Assembly (NCBI GenBank): GCA_002104905.1
Contig: MCFE01000593.1
Coordinates: 1-55,000 of the forward strand
Length of the DNA stretch: 55,000 nt
Direction: 5' to 3'
Origin: Basidiobolus meristosporus CBS 931.73
Lineage: Eukaryota; Fungi; Basidiobolomycota
In this document: positions 27,530 to 40,337 of the stretch, one piece after another
How positions within the stretch are numbered: position 1 is the stretch's first letter
Layout of the letters: the number at the start of each line of letters is the position of its first letter
The notes under the pieces: generated by a model
Databases searched by the model: none
What the model was told of the DNA's origin: nothing
What the model saw: the letters and a program-made list of their open reading frames with translations, nothing else
Made by a program: the position numbers and the translations under genes

Positions 27530-29557
27530 TATGAGTTGGTACAATCATCTGTGCCAACCTAATTGTGTCTGATTGTGCTATAGTGTGCAAGATGGTCCCA
27601 CATGGTGCAAAATTGTCCAAGAGCAATCCTGCCTGCTAGTAGCTATAATATTGCGCCCAATTGTTCTTAAAGACCATGGATTGTGCTGCGCACCCTGGCA
27701 TGGTATGATGGAGCAAGTCTATTATCCTCAGATTTGGCTGCATCTGACAGTTTGTTGCTGACAGAGGAGAGATGACATTCCAAATCATTCAGGAGTTGTG
27801 CCCAAAGTATAAGATACATATTGCTATTACAACAGCTTACCATCCTCAATCCAATAGAATGGTAGAGAGAGGACATTGACCACAGGTGAACTCTCTAGGC
27901 AAGATCTGCAAGAACAATACAACATTGTGGCTGCAGCAGTTGCATCTCAACTCTGGGCAGATAGGATTACTACTAAAAGAACAACTGGATTATTGCCATT
28001 TAAGCTACTCTATAGACATGCCTGCATACCACCAGTTGAGTCAGATACAGCCACTTGGAACTCATTGGATTGGAAATCTCATATGCACACTGAAGACCTC
28101 CTAGCCACTCATATACAGCAACTTGATCACCATGACTTAAATATAAATAGAGCTGCTGAACAACTTAAAGATACAAAGCTGAAGAACAAAGTACCTTTTG
28201 TGAAGTCACATTCAACAAGACCAAAGCCACTGTCACTTGTAGACCCAGTATTACTCTATGACTCTACCTTGGACAAACAATGGAGTTGGAAGCTTGCTAA
28301 CAAATGGACTGGCCTCTACCTCATTTCCAGAGTGATTAGAAGCAGAAGTTATTAAATATATGAGCTTGACAACAGCCAGCTGAGAGCACCAGTTGCAGGT
28401 AACCAGCTCAAGTTATTCAAGCACAGGAATTTTGCACATTAAGATTAGTTTGCTTAACCCAAGCTCAAAGCTGAGAGAGCGGTGGATGTAGTGGGCCACA
28501 GTGACACCCACAGACAGATGTGCTCATTCCTACATTTTCTACTTCCCTATTTCTCTACTACCCTTAAATTAGTTTTATCCCATTTGTTTTACTTGATTAG
28601 TACTATCCCATAAGCTGGATAACCATCACACCTCCTTACTATATTGCATAAGTTATCCCTCACTTTATGTAAGACTACTTGATGAAAGTGCTTTGATATT
28701 TGGCAGATACCTGCACCAGTACCTGTAATACATGACCAAACCATGTCACGATCCATACCATTTTCATACCACTTATGGTATTGCTAAGTTTTACAGGTTT
28801 CAGAATACTGATTCCTGATTGGTTGGGCTTGCTGTGCCTCTTAGAACCTTCCAGCAGCTACTTAGAACATTCTTAGCTTATTCTGATGTCATTAAGGTTT
28901 CTAGTTGAACACCTGAAGCTTCTGGAACACCATGATTGGTAATCACTTTGCCAGTGAGAAAGGTATGTAAGGGGGGCAATCCCTCAACAATAAATCTTCA
29001 TCCCTTTAATCAATAAACCAACTTGTTGATTAGTGTGATCACCAATACCTGCTGCTATCAGAGCTTTCAGTCCCAGAACACAGAACACTCCCAGGAAACT
29101 GTGCTGACAGCCAACTGGCCTTGGAGGCACTACTTGTGAGGAATACTCAGAGTAGGTACCTTTTTTCATGTTTGATTCTTTCCCAGGCATGATCTTGTAC
29201 AGGCAAAGATACTTTTATGTCTTTGTAGCTATTGACTGCAGCGGCACTCTTATCAAGTCCCTGCTGGTGGAGTTTACAGTTTTTTTGACTTTGGAAGCTT
29301 TAGTACATTGTCATTTCAAAGGATGCTGAACCCAGCACATACTTTTGTAAAAATGCCAACTAGGTTGGGGATTATAGCTCAATAGTTTTTCCTTAACAAG
29401 CTTGTGGCTTTATTCCCCATCACATTAGAGTAGAGATAGAATCCAAGTATTCCTAGCAAGCTTTTGTCAGAGGTAATTGCACCTAGTGAACACCCCATAC
29501 ACAGAACACTTGGGAAGTGCTGGGTGTATCTCTCCCTTGGACTTATACACCACCACA
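27530..29557 (+). mobile_element. 3' part of a Ty3/gypsy family C element: integrase C-terminal region, PPT GAGAGAGCGGTGGA (28473-28486) and 3' LTR 28487-29557
   Basis: ORF 27876..28355 has LWADRITTKRTTGLLPF.LLY...TW..LDW...KLANKWTGLY, continuing *IYELD...GNQLKLF. The LTR is the reverse complement of the three solo LTRs. Confidence 0.85.
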
Positions 29558-29559
29558 AT

Positions 29560-29827
29560 GCAATCTCTGAATTTTATGGAGTACCAGAGACATATCTTCA
29601 GCTCCTTAGTGCTCTTAAATATTGTTCACAACATTAATCCCAAAAAAGAGGTCAAAAAATGGATTTTCTTGTACACAATGGGCAAAACAGAAGGGCTGCT
29701 TTGCCTGATGATGAAAAACTATGTTTCTCACTGTGTGACCAAGTTTAAGGCTGCTGTGCTACTCTGGTGTACAATAGCACTATTTGTCACTTATGGCTTA
29801 ATGTGGCACTGTCCATTGGAACAAGTC
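29560..29827. repeat. Third, diverged arm of the foldback element
   Basis: Aligns to ~26300-26557 through the terminus (GGAACAAGTC vs AGAACAGGTC). Confidence 0.75.
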
Positions 29828-29834
29828 CCAAGTC

Positions 29835-30400
29835 AAGCTTTTTTTCATTTATGGCAATTGAATGGCTGGTTGGGTCCACTCAATTAGGTGTAGGTTGTAA
29901 TAGAACTGTAAGAAAACCATCAAAGTCCCATTAATGGATCATCTGAGCACTATTAGGTTTATATACACTTCGAGCAGTAGATTCAGCAAAACATAGTCAC
30001 AATCCTATCACAAGACTGTGAGGAAGGTCAAAAATTCCAAGCTGCAGGCACAATAACAGCCTCAATGGGGGATCTTGATGGTTGATCTGGATTGGATCCA
30101 CCCACAGGGCCACATTATTTATCTTAGGGGCATACATCCATGATTATCCTGATACAAAGTAGTAGGCACTTCTTCGCATAGGCCTGGTCTTTAAGAGGCT
30201 TTTTTAATTGCATTGACTCTTGTGAAGACTTGCGGGCTGCCATTTGCACTGTTTCTGCAGTACAAAGTGCCATGGTTGGTTGCATTCATGAACTGTATGA
30301 TATTGCTCCTTTACAGTATTCTTTAAGAAATAGTTATGATGACCACTTCAAAAGAGCAACACAAAATTGAAGTCCCATGACTAGAGGTATTGATCCTGTC
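29835..30400 (+). mobile_element. 3' fragment of the CACTA-like transposase region
   Basis: Similar to 4830-5140 (CATTTATGGCA...TTCCAAGCTG...GATTGGATCCACCCA) and to the reverse of 5780-6110. Confidence 0.55.
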
Positions 30401-32154
30401 TGCACACTATTGTAAGAGATATGGAGATATTGGAGGTGTTTTTGAGAACAAGCAGATTGTGTGGCTTTCACTTAATGATTTATTGAATGTAAAAGCATTA
30501 TTTATACTTTTACATGGCATTGGCATATCTAGCATATAGAATAGGCTTAGGAAGGTCCCAAGAATATTGTGCAAGGTTTGGGGCTGTTTGGACAATTTAT
30601 CTAATTTTCATGTTGTGGGTACCTGATATTTTGGTGAAAATATTTCAGGTAAATCCTGACAAGGAATTTGGTCATTATTCTCTAGGACTTGAAGGTAATG
30701 ATCTAAGTAATTAAGTTTGGTAAGTATTTTGGTGGAATTACAATCTTTTACAGCATTCCCACTCAGCTAAATGTTCATACTGACTAGTGCTAATTTTGAC
30801 CTAAAATATTCAAACTTGTCTCTAGCCTATGATTTGGCAAATATGTCTGCAATCATTTCATCTGTCAGACAGTAAGGTAAGTAAACTAATTTATCTCTAT
30901 AGCTTCACATTTGAAATGATGTCTAATATCTGTGTGCTTAGTTTTAGCATGAAAAGTTGGATTTCTACCTAATAGTATACATCCTAAATTATCTTGAAAT
31001 AAAGTAACAGTCCTTTTTTGACATAAGTTTTAATCTTGAAAAAGCTTTCTCAACCACTTTGCTTCTTTTGTAGCTTCACCGGTGGTCATATACCCTGCCT
31101 CTGTGGTAGAAAATGCTATGGTAGGTCACTCTCTTGTATTCCATAAAGTTGCTCCTTTACAGTAAAGAAAGGTGTATCCTGTGGTGGATCTTCTGTCTTC
31201 TTAATTATTGACCCAAACAGCATCAGAGTATCCCACAAGATCCTGTTCTGAATCCTTATAAGTGTATCTTAAGCAGATATCAGCAGTTCCTTTTAGGTAC
31301 TTAAAAGCCCACCCAGCTGTTGCAATATGATCAGATCCATAGTTCTGATTATGTTAGCTGACAATTCCTACTGAATATGAGATATCTGGATGTGTTCCAA
31401 GCATGATATATATAAGACTGCCAACCATAGACTGATGTGGAAACTCAGGGCTTTTAGATGGCACCAAGCCCTCTTGATTGGACTGAGTTCTAACCAAGTC
31501 AAGCTTTGTCTTGTTGAGATATATGTAATTCCATCTGAATATTTGACTAACTTAGTCACTTAGATCATTACCTTGAAGTCCTAGAAAATACTGACCAAGT
31601 CCCTTGTTGGGATTTAATTCAAATATTTTTACCAAAATATCAGGTACCCAGAACATGAAAATTTTCAAAATTGTTCAAACAGCCCCACACCTTCTACACA
31701 TGTTTTTGGGACCCTCCTAAGCCTACTTTATGTTGTAAGAATTTGTAATTCTACCTAAATATTTACCTTACTTAGTCACTTGGATCATTACCTTCAAATC
31801 CTAGAGAATACTGACCAAATTCCTTGTTGGGATTTGTTGTGTTGTATTATGATTAGTTTGGGGCTTGTTCTACAATGTAGAGGCTAATCAACAATATACA
31901 ACAACTTCCAGTATGTTAATACTGAAATAGTTTATTGGGAGTTTGATATACCAATAGAAGATATAACTTTCACTAATTTCCTCAATCTTGGGCTCAAAAT
32001 ATACTGTAGGCAGTATTTATCACTTCTACAGCAGTGTTCTGACCTTCTGTTGACTAATGGGCTTATTTACTTTTATAGTAACTTTTCCTTATTTGGAAGT
32101 CACTTTCCTTTCTGAGAAAATATTTCCTAATATGGAAATTCTGAACTCCCCTTT

Positions 32155-32400
32155 AACCTAAAGGGGTGTGTTGTAGAAGTCTCTAAAGGGGTGTTTAGAC
32201 CTAAAGGGGTGTCTAAAGGGGTGTCTTTAGAGTAAAGGGGCTTCTTGTAGTGGTCTCTAAAGTGGACTTTACACTAAAGGGGTGCCTAAAGGGGCTTCTT
32301 TAGAGTAAAGGGGTTTCTTAAAGGGGTCTCTAAAGGGGTCTTTAGACTAAAGGGGTGTCTAAAGGGGTGTCTTTTGAGTAAAGGGGTTTCTTAGAGGGGA
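32155..32400. repeat. Degenerate ~12-bp G-run minisatellite (TAAAGGGGTGTC) inside LTR-F, copy 1
   Basis: More than a dozen AAAGGGG units visible. Confidence 0.85.
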
Positions 32401-32502
32401 CTTTTCCGACAGAAAAGTGGTAGTTTCTTGTAGAACTTAGATTGGATTCTTGTGAGCTTTGCAGTCTCTTTACTGATGTAGTACTGATCAAAGTCAGAAT
32501 AC

Positions 32503-33705
32503 TCAACAGTGCAAGTGATGCAGGGGAAGTCTTATAACCTTTAAACCTATAATCGTAGTGTGGAGATTCTGGAAAGAGAGGCTCTCTGTAGAAACATACT
32601 TTCTCTTATCAATAAGGCAATTAAACTCTTCAACTTCCTCTTTTTCCATTAGATATTCTTGGACCTGCCCTGATGGATCTGATATTGTGAGTACGTAACG
32701 TTCATTGCTTGGAATTTCTGCAGTCTTTTGGATTTGTATGAAATTTGATGTCTTGGTGCTTTTACTTGATTCTTCTTGAGTAAGTACATAGGACCTCATT
32801 CCACCATAACCTCTGTTGATAGGCAAGGGGTTTCCAGCAATATCACAGATCTTCCCATAACAATCAATCATAACCTTATGACTGTCAATATCAATATTCA
32901 ATATTTGACAACCATAACGGCTATGCTCAGCAGATTCACAGTACACACAATATTTGGTTTGCTGTGGATAATTACTGGTTGTTTTGGGATTTTCTGGTCT
33001 TGCCTTGTTGATGCTTGATGATGGTACACTTTGAGAGTCCAACTTAAGCATCAGTTTTCCTAATGCATCAATCAATTCATTAACCTGATCACTTTGTGGG
33101 TTATTTGTACGATGAAGAATTTGTTTAGCTGGAGTGGAAATCTTCATTTGAATATTAATGGAATCCATGACTTGTCTCCCTGATTGATAGTTTAACACCA
33201 TTTGTTTAACATTGTCGTAGGAGCTTGTAGCCTGAACTTGGTGGCTAATGGCATTACGTATTTCAGGAGGCATATTCATCAGAAAATAGTTTCTTTGATA
33301 AAATCTTGGAATTCCAATAGCTGCTTCAACATGCCTTGCTTTTGACTCAAACTTTTGAATGTACTTCTGCAAGGGTTGGGTCTTGTCGTAAGGCATTTCT
33401 AGCTCATTTAGTGTAACAAACTGTGCTTCTTTTTGGTACTCAGCTAAAATAGCTTGTTGAGCAGTGTCCCAGTTATAGTTAGCACCAACAGATATCTTAA
33501 ATGGGTCCAAACTTTGTAAGAATCTTGATACTTCAACTTCACAGAGAAAGGGAAACAACTGGATTTTGTTCTTGTGTGATAGCTCAAATGCTGCAGCTAT
33601 ATCGTTAAACTCCTCTAGAAACTCAGTAACATTCTCTCCTGAGAATTTTACTGGAATGGCACCTTTAAAAGTGGCTATTAATTCTGGGAGTGGTGTATTG
33701 GTCAT
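32503..33705 (-). CDS. Open 400-aa Gag-like ORF of element F (capsid-like N-terminus KFSGENVTEFLEEF, Cys/His knuckle CVYCESAEHSRYGC); last ~27 aa are read from the LTR
   Basis: Uninterrupted ORF directly downstream of LTR and PBS; CpGs are retained. Confidence 0.8.
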   Translation of the reverse strand: MTNTPLPELIATFKGAIPVKFSGENVTEFLEEFNDIAAAFELSHKNKIQLFPFLCEVEVSRFLQSLDPFKISVGANYNWDTAQQAILAEYQKEAQFVTLNELEMPYDKTQPLQKYIQKFESKARHVEAAIGIPRFYQRNYFLMNMPPEIRNAISHQVQATSSYDNVKQMVLNYQSGRQVMDSINIQMKISTPAKQILHRTNNPQSDQVNELIDALGKLMLKLDSQSVPSSSINKARPENPKTTSNYPQQTKYCVYCESAEHSRYGCQILNIDIDSHKVMIDCYGKICDIAGNPLPINRGYGGMRSYVLTQEESSKSTKTSNFIQIQKTAEIPSNERYVLTISDPSGQVQEYLMEKEEVEEFNCLIDKRKYVSTESLSFQNLHTTIIGLKVIRLPLHHLHC

Positions 33706-34092
33706 TCTTGTAACATTTCTTGATGCTTGTATAGTGAAAGGTTCAAACTACCCAGGTCCTCCACCAAATTCTTGTTGTGTTGTATTATGATTAGTTTGGG
33801 GCTTGTTCTACAATGTAGAGGCTAATCAACAATATACTACAACTTCCAGTATGTTAATACTGAAATAGTTTATTGGGAGTTTGATATACCAATAGAAGAT
33901 ATAACTTTCACTAATTTCCTCAATCTTGGGCTCAAAATATACTGTAGGCAGTGTTTATCACTTCTACAGCAGTGTTCTGACCTTCTGTCAACTAATGGGC
34001 TTATTTACTTTTATAGTAACTTTTCCTTATTTGGAAGTCACTTTCCTTTCTGAGAAAATATTTCCTAATATGGAAATTCTGAACTCCCCTTT

Positions 34093-34350
34093 AACCTAAA
34101 GGGGTGTGTTGTAGAAGTCTCTAAAGGGGTGTTTAGACCTAAAGGGGTGTCTAAAGGGGTGTCTTTAGAGTAAAGGGGCTTCTTGTAGTGGTCTCTAAAG
34201 TGGACTTTACACTAAAGGGGTGCCTAAAGGGGCTTCTTTAGAGTAAAGGGGTTTCTTAAAGGGGTCTCTAAAGGGGTCTTTAGACCTAAAGGGGTGTCTA
34301 AAGGGGTGTCTAAAGGGGTGTCTTTAGAGTAAAGGGTTTTCTTAGAGGGG
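34093..34350. repeat. Same minisatellite in LTR-F, copy 2, with one additional 12-bp unit
   Basis: Direct comparison with 32155-32400. Confidence 0.85.
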
Positions 34351-37300
34351 ACTTTTCCAACAGAAAAGTGGTAGTTTCTTGTAGAACTTAGATTGGATTC
34401 TTGTGAGCTTTGCAGTCTCTTTACTGATGTAGTACTGATCAAAGTCAGAATACTCAACAGTGCAAGTGATGCAGGGGAAGTCTTATAACCTTTAAACTTG
34501 TAATCGTAGTGTGGAGATTCTGGAAAGAGAGGCTCTCCCTTTATTTTTCAGCTGGGGAAGTCATATATATGAAAATTTTGAAGGATCAAAGTTTTTGGAC
34601 GATTGCGCAAGCAATACACGTGATACGAAGCTAAAATTTTGCAGTGGCGCAGATCGGACATAGGCGCAGCACCTGTGAAAATTTCACGTGATTTGACTGG
34701 CTGGTTCAAAAGTTACACGCAATCAAAGTCACCATAGTAATCCTAGCAATAAGGCATAGTATATATAATAGTTGGACTCTTTTGGTCATAACTCCTTAAG
34801 TACTGCTTCAAATGAGCTGTAATTTGAAACATGTGTTGGCTACTACGTGTTCTGTATGACATACTATTCTTGGGTGGATTGCTTGTCAGGGTCTGGAGCA
34901 TTTACTCTTCAAAGTTGGAAATTCTTGATCTTTCTCTTGTGTGTTACAATAGCAAAAAGCAAAATAAAGAAATGAGTGCAATATTGGTTTAGAGATATTG
35001 TAGTAATGGAATACTTTCCATTACCACAGATTTACTAGAATATTTTCACCAAACTGCCGGGTACACCAAGCATGAAAATTCTCAAAGTTGTCCAAAGTGC
35101 CCCAAACTTTGCACTCATGCACTTGGGACCTTCCTTAACTTATTCTATATGCTTGTAGTGCCAAGAACATATCATGTCACTACTGTATTACTGGAATTTT
35201 CCCTCTGCTGAAAAGTTCAATGGATCTGACCACCAAGTGTGGAAGGTGATGATGAAGATGCTGCTACAAGAAAGAGGCCTTTGGGATATTGTTGTGGGAG
35301 AATAATGCCTGCCTAAAACATGGCAGAGGAAGCCTTTAAGTACCAGGAGAAAGAACAAAGTGCCTTTAACTGCATTTGCCTTAATGTTAAAGACAAATTG
35401 CTAAATCAATGCTATAGAGCAAAAACAGCAAAGAATGCCTGGAAGGCATTAGAAGACACCTACTGGTCATGTTAAGCTGCTAATAGAATGTATCTCAGAC
35501 AAAAATTCCTTACTACAAAGATGCAGCCAGGAAAAGAAATGAAAAATCTAATTAACAGATTTACCCTGCTGGTAGATGAGATGGAATCTGTGGGTGTACC
35601 AACTACTGATGCGGATGTGATAATAACCACACTGAAAAGCCTGACAGACATGTTTTGGGACCTTGTATCAGCCCTAGAGTCCAGAATTGACAATTTGCAA
35701 TTAAACTATGTATATGGAAGGCTCCTAGATGAAGAATCAAGAAAATCAAGCGCCAATAAGAAGGAAGAAAAAAATGCTTTAATAAGCAATGATAACCAGC
35801 AAAGAAGGTACCCAAGACCTTAAAAGGTCAATAGCAACCTGTTTGGCAACTACTGCAAGATGAAAGGACACACATTAGATCAGTGTCTCAAAAAGAGAGA
35901 TAATCACCAAAAGAAGTCTAGTTATGGAAATGCTGCAACAAATGAAGATAGACTATTCATGTCTGCACAAGATATGACCACAAGCAAGGATTCCTGAAAT
36001 GATATATTGACTCTGGAGCATCTTGACACTTTAGACACCAAACAGAACTTTTTACCAAATATCAAGAAATTCCAATTTAGTAGGTTTTCATGGGTTACAA
36101 TAGAACACTGGATGCAGTGGGAGCAGGAACTATCCAAGTAAACCTTAGACGCAGTGAAGAAAGCCATACACTGACCTTTAAAGAGGTACTCTATGTACCA
36201 GAAATAGCCAAGAACCTACTATCTGTAAGCAAGCCCATTGCAGAAGGACTCAGTTTCAGCTTTGACAATCTGGATGCAAGATCACTGATCAAAATGGTTC
36301 CCATATTACTTCAGGTATCTGAGATCAGAATCTATACAAGTTGATTTATATTCCATCATATTTGAAAGCCAATATAAGTAACTTAAATGAAGAAATGCCA
36401 ATGCTTTGGCACAGGAGAATTGGGCACATCAATTTTGATTTTTTGTGCACAATGATCTAAGATCAGCTAATTTCTGGATTAAAAGCTGATCCCCCAGCTA
36501 ATTTGGAGCACTGTGAAGCCTGCATATATGGGAAAAGCCAGACAACTGTGCAAGAGCTCTTGGCTAATCAAAACTAAGAAAAAATTAGGTCTAATTCACT
36601 CAGATCTGTGTGGACCTATGCAAATTTTTCCTTAGATGGGATGAGGTATTTAATCACTTTTATTGATGATTTTACAATATACACATGGGTCTACTTCATG
36701 GAGAAAAAAAAAGAAGCTCTATTTAAGCTCAGGGAGTTTAAAGCCATGGTGGAGAAAGAAACCGGTGAAAAATCAAGAAAATACAATCTGATAATGGTGG
36801 AGAATATAACTCAAGACTCTTCATCCACTTCTGCAAAATTCATGGGATAAAGCAAGAGACTACTGTACCAAGCTCCCACAGAAAAATGGAGTAGCAGAAC
36901 ATGCAAATAGATCAATAATTGATACGGCAAGATCTATGATTCATGATCAAAAATTTTCCTATGATTTTTGGGCGGAGTCAGTTGCAACAGCTGTATACCT
37001 TAAAAATTGGAGTTATAACAGAATATTTTATGATTGTGCTCCATTTGAAGTATGGCATGGATATGGGCCAAGTGCAGAACATCTGAGAGTATTTGGGTGT
37101 ACAGCAAATGCTAAGAAACTGCCCAGAAATCAGTTAAAATTTGAGCCAAAAAGTGTAAAATGCATATTTTTGGGCTACTGCAATGATATTAAAGCATACA
37201 GACTCTACAATACCAAAGCAGAGTAGCTAATCAAGTCCAGGGATGTGTTGTTTGCCAAAAATATAAAATTTTTGCAAGAAATGACACCAGTTGATGACAA

Positions 37301-40300
37301 AAATCTAGTCCCAAGTCAACCAGTTGTCAGGATTGAATCAGAGCAAAGCAAAGAAGTTTTTTCACTGTAGAGGACTCTACAACTGTAATTCAGCCTTAGT
37401 CTGTGCTTAACAATATCTCAGAAGTGACCATTCCAGTACCAAATGCCCAGAGATCATATTGAAACAAGAAAGAGCACAAGTCACCATATTAATGAGAGTA
37501 CATTTTTAATCTATGCCTACTCAGTTGATCTTAATTAGCCCCAGACTGTAAAGAGGCCCTAAGTTACCCTCAGAAAGAGTTTTGGAGATCTTCAATGACT
37601 GAGGAATATCAGGCCCTGATGGAAAATTGAACTTGGGACTTAGTCAAATTTTCAATCAACAAAAAATCAACTGGATGCAGTTGGGTATTTAAGACATTCT
37701 ACAATGCTGATGGTACAATCCAAAGATACAAATCAAGACTTGTGGCCAATGGATGCTCTCAAACAAGCGGACTTGACTATACTGAGACCTTTGCACCAGT
37801 AGCTAAGTTTAATTCCATTTGATTAATATTGGCTATTGCAGCCAAATATAAGTTTTTTATTCATGAGATGGATGTATAAACTGCATTTTTGAATGGAGAA
37901 CTTGATGAGGACATGTATATAGACCAGCCTGATGGGTTTGCTGACTAAGATAACCCCCATTTGGTCTGCAAGCTCAAAAAGTCTTTATATGGACTTAAAC
38001 AATCACTGAGAGCCTGGAATTGTATGATAGATTCTTATTTGGAATCTTTGAGTTTCAAAGGAGTAATGCTGACTATAGTATATACTATAAGCCAGATAGA
38101 GCAAATCCAGTTCTATTAGCTATATATGCTGATGATCTCATTTTAGCTGCCAATAACCTAGAAACATTGGAAGAGACTAAATCCAACCTATCTAGAACAT
38201 TGAAGATGCCAAATCTAGGAGAGCTCAGTTACTACTTAGGGATTAAGTTCTCCATAGACAGGAGTACCCAGACTATCACTCTAAGCCAATCCAAGCATAT
38301 TCAAGATATACTAAAGAAGTACCAAACAGATGACTGTAAACCAGCAGCCACTCCAATTGAGACAAACCTTAACTTGGTCAAAACATGATCAAATCAAGAG
38401 AGCTTGGTGCCATCTGAAAGCCCTGACTTTTCTTAGCAATCTATGGTGGGAGGTCTGATGTATATCATGCTTTGAACGCATCCATACATCTCATATTCAG
38501 TAGGAACTGTCAGCCAAGATAATCAGAACTATGGATCTGATCATTTTGCAGCAGTCAGGTGGATTTTTAGATACCTAAAAGGAGCTGCTGATATCTGCTT
38601 AAGATACACTTATAAGGACTCAGAACAGGATCTTGTGGGATACTCTGATGCTGCTTGGGTATATAGCTTGGAGGACAGAAGATCCACCACAGGATACACC
38701 TTTCTTTACTCTGAAGGAGCAATTTCATGGATTCATGAAAGCAACCAACTCTAGCACTTTCTACCACAGAGGCAGAGACATGGCAGCCTGTGAAGCTACA
38801 AAAGAAGCAGTGTGGCTAAGAAAGCTTTTTACATACTTAGGCCTATGTCAAAAAATGCCTATTACTTTATTTCAAGATAATCAAGAATGTACACAATTGG
38901 GTAGAAATCCAACTTTTCATGCTAGAACTAAGCACATAGATATTAGACATCATTTCATATGTGATGCTATAGAGAATAACTTAGTTAGCTTAGATTACTG
39001 TCCTTCAGATGAAATGATTGCCAACATATTTACCATACCATTAGCTAGTGATAAGTTAGTATATCTTAGGTCAAAATTGCAACTAGTCAGTGTGAACATT
39101 TAGCTGAGCGGGAGGGTTGTAAAAGTTTGTAATTTCACCCAAGTATTAACCTAGCTTAGTCACTTGGATCATTACCTTCAAATCCTAGAGAATACTGACC
39201 AAATTCCTTGTTGCAATTTACTTAGAAAATTTTCACCAAACTGCCAGGTACTCAGAACATGAAAATTCTCAAACTTGTCCAAACAGCCCCACACTTTGCA
39301 CACATGTTCTTGGAACCTTCCTTAACTTATTCTGTGCTCTTGTAATCCCAAGATTATGTCAAAGTATAAATACTACTGTTACATTCAAGAAATCATCAAA
39401 TGAAAGCCACATAATCTACTTGTCCTCCCAATCACTTCCAATATCTCCAAGACTTTTAAACACTTTACATGTTTGTCATGCCAAGACTATGTAAAAGTGT
39501 AAATACTACTTTTACATTCAATAAATCATTAAGTGAAAGCTGCATACTCACCTTGCTCTCCCAATCACTTCCAATACTTCCAAGACTCTTACAACAGGTT
39601 ATCAGCCCAAGCTGTCACTCTCTGCAATATCTACTACTGCTATTACCCAAATCTTTCCCTCTGCCAAAAAGTTGGATAGAATTAACTACCAAGTGTTGAA
39701 GGGAAGATGAAGAAGCTGCTACAAGCAAGAGGCCTTTGGGATATTGTCATGGAAGAAGAATTCCCCTCTAAAAGCATTGTAGAGGAATCCCTGAAGTATC
39801 AGAAGAAAGAACAAAGTGCCTGTAACAGCATTTGCCTTAATGTTAAAGACAAATTGCAAATTCAATGCTGAAGGGCAAAGATGGTAAAGAATGCCTGGAA
39901 GGCATCAAAAGACACCTACCAGTCCTGTTCAGCTGCTAAGAAAATATATCTGAGATGAAAATTCTTTACCAAGAAAGTGCAGCCAGGACAAGAAATGAAA
40001 AAACTAATTGATAGAATTACCCTGCTGGTGGATCAGATAGAATCTATGGGCATGCCAACTATTGATGAGGATGTGATAGTTACCATTCTGAATAGCCTGG
40101 CAGACAGTTTTAAGGGCCTTGTATCAGCCCTAGAGTCCAGAACTGAAGATTTGATCTCAAATTATGTAATGGAAGGCTCTTGGATAAAGAATTAAGAAAA
40201 TCAAGCACCAATAAGAAGGAAGAAAAGATCTTTTAATAAGCAATGATAAACCAAAAAGAAGGTACCCAAGAGCATTCAAAGGCAACAGCAACCTGCTTTG

Positions 40301-40337
40301 CATCTAATGCAAATGGAAATGACACACCTCAGACCGG

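Larger units (their letters stand above)
31835..35028 (-). mobile_element. Young, internally deleted Ty3/gypsy element F: full 5' LTR (35028-33773, 1256 bp), PBS, gag, 5'-truncated 3' LTR (32586-31835); no pol
   Basis: Termini TGTGGTAA...CAACA; 4-bp TSD GATT (31831-31834 / 35029-35032) inside the copia-A LTR. 31835-32586 and 33773-34537 are ~99% identical by eye. PBS TGGTGGAGGACCTGGG (33766-33751). Confidence 0.88.
31731..39462 (+). mobile_element. Copia-A copy 2, inserted in the 5' LTR of copy 3; 3' LTR 39115-39462; PBS region deleted
   Basis: 5-bp TSD CTTTA (31726-31730 / 39463-39467); PPT GAGCGGGAG; decayed gag-pol ~35170-39100. Confidence 0.88.

Noticed and set aside
32503-33705. Domesticated host gene derived from gag
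   Set aside because: It is still flanked by ~99% identical LTR segments, a PBS and a perfect TSD, so youth explains the intact ORF.
32155-34350. Regular short repeats as a CRISPR array
   Set aside because: No unique spacers, degenerate 12-bp tandem units inside an LTR, eukaryotic context and no cas genes.
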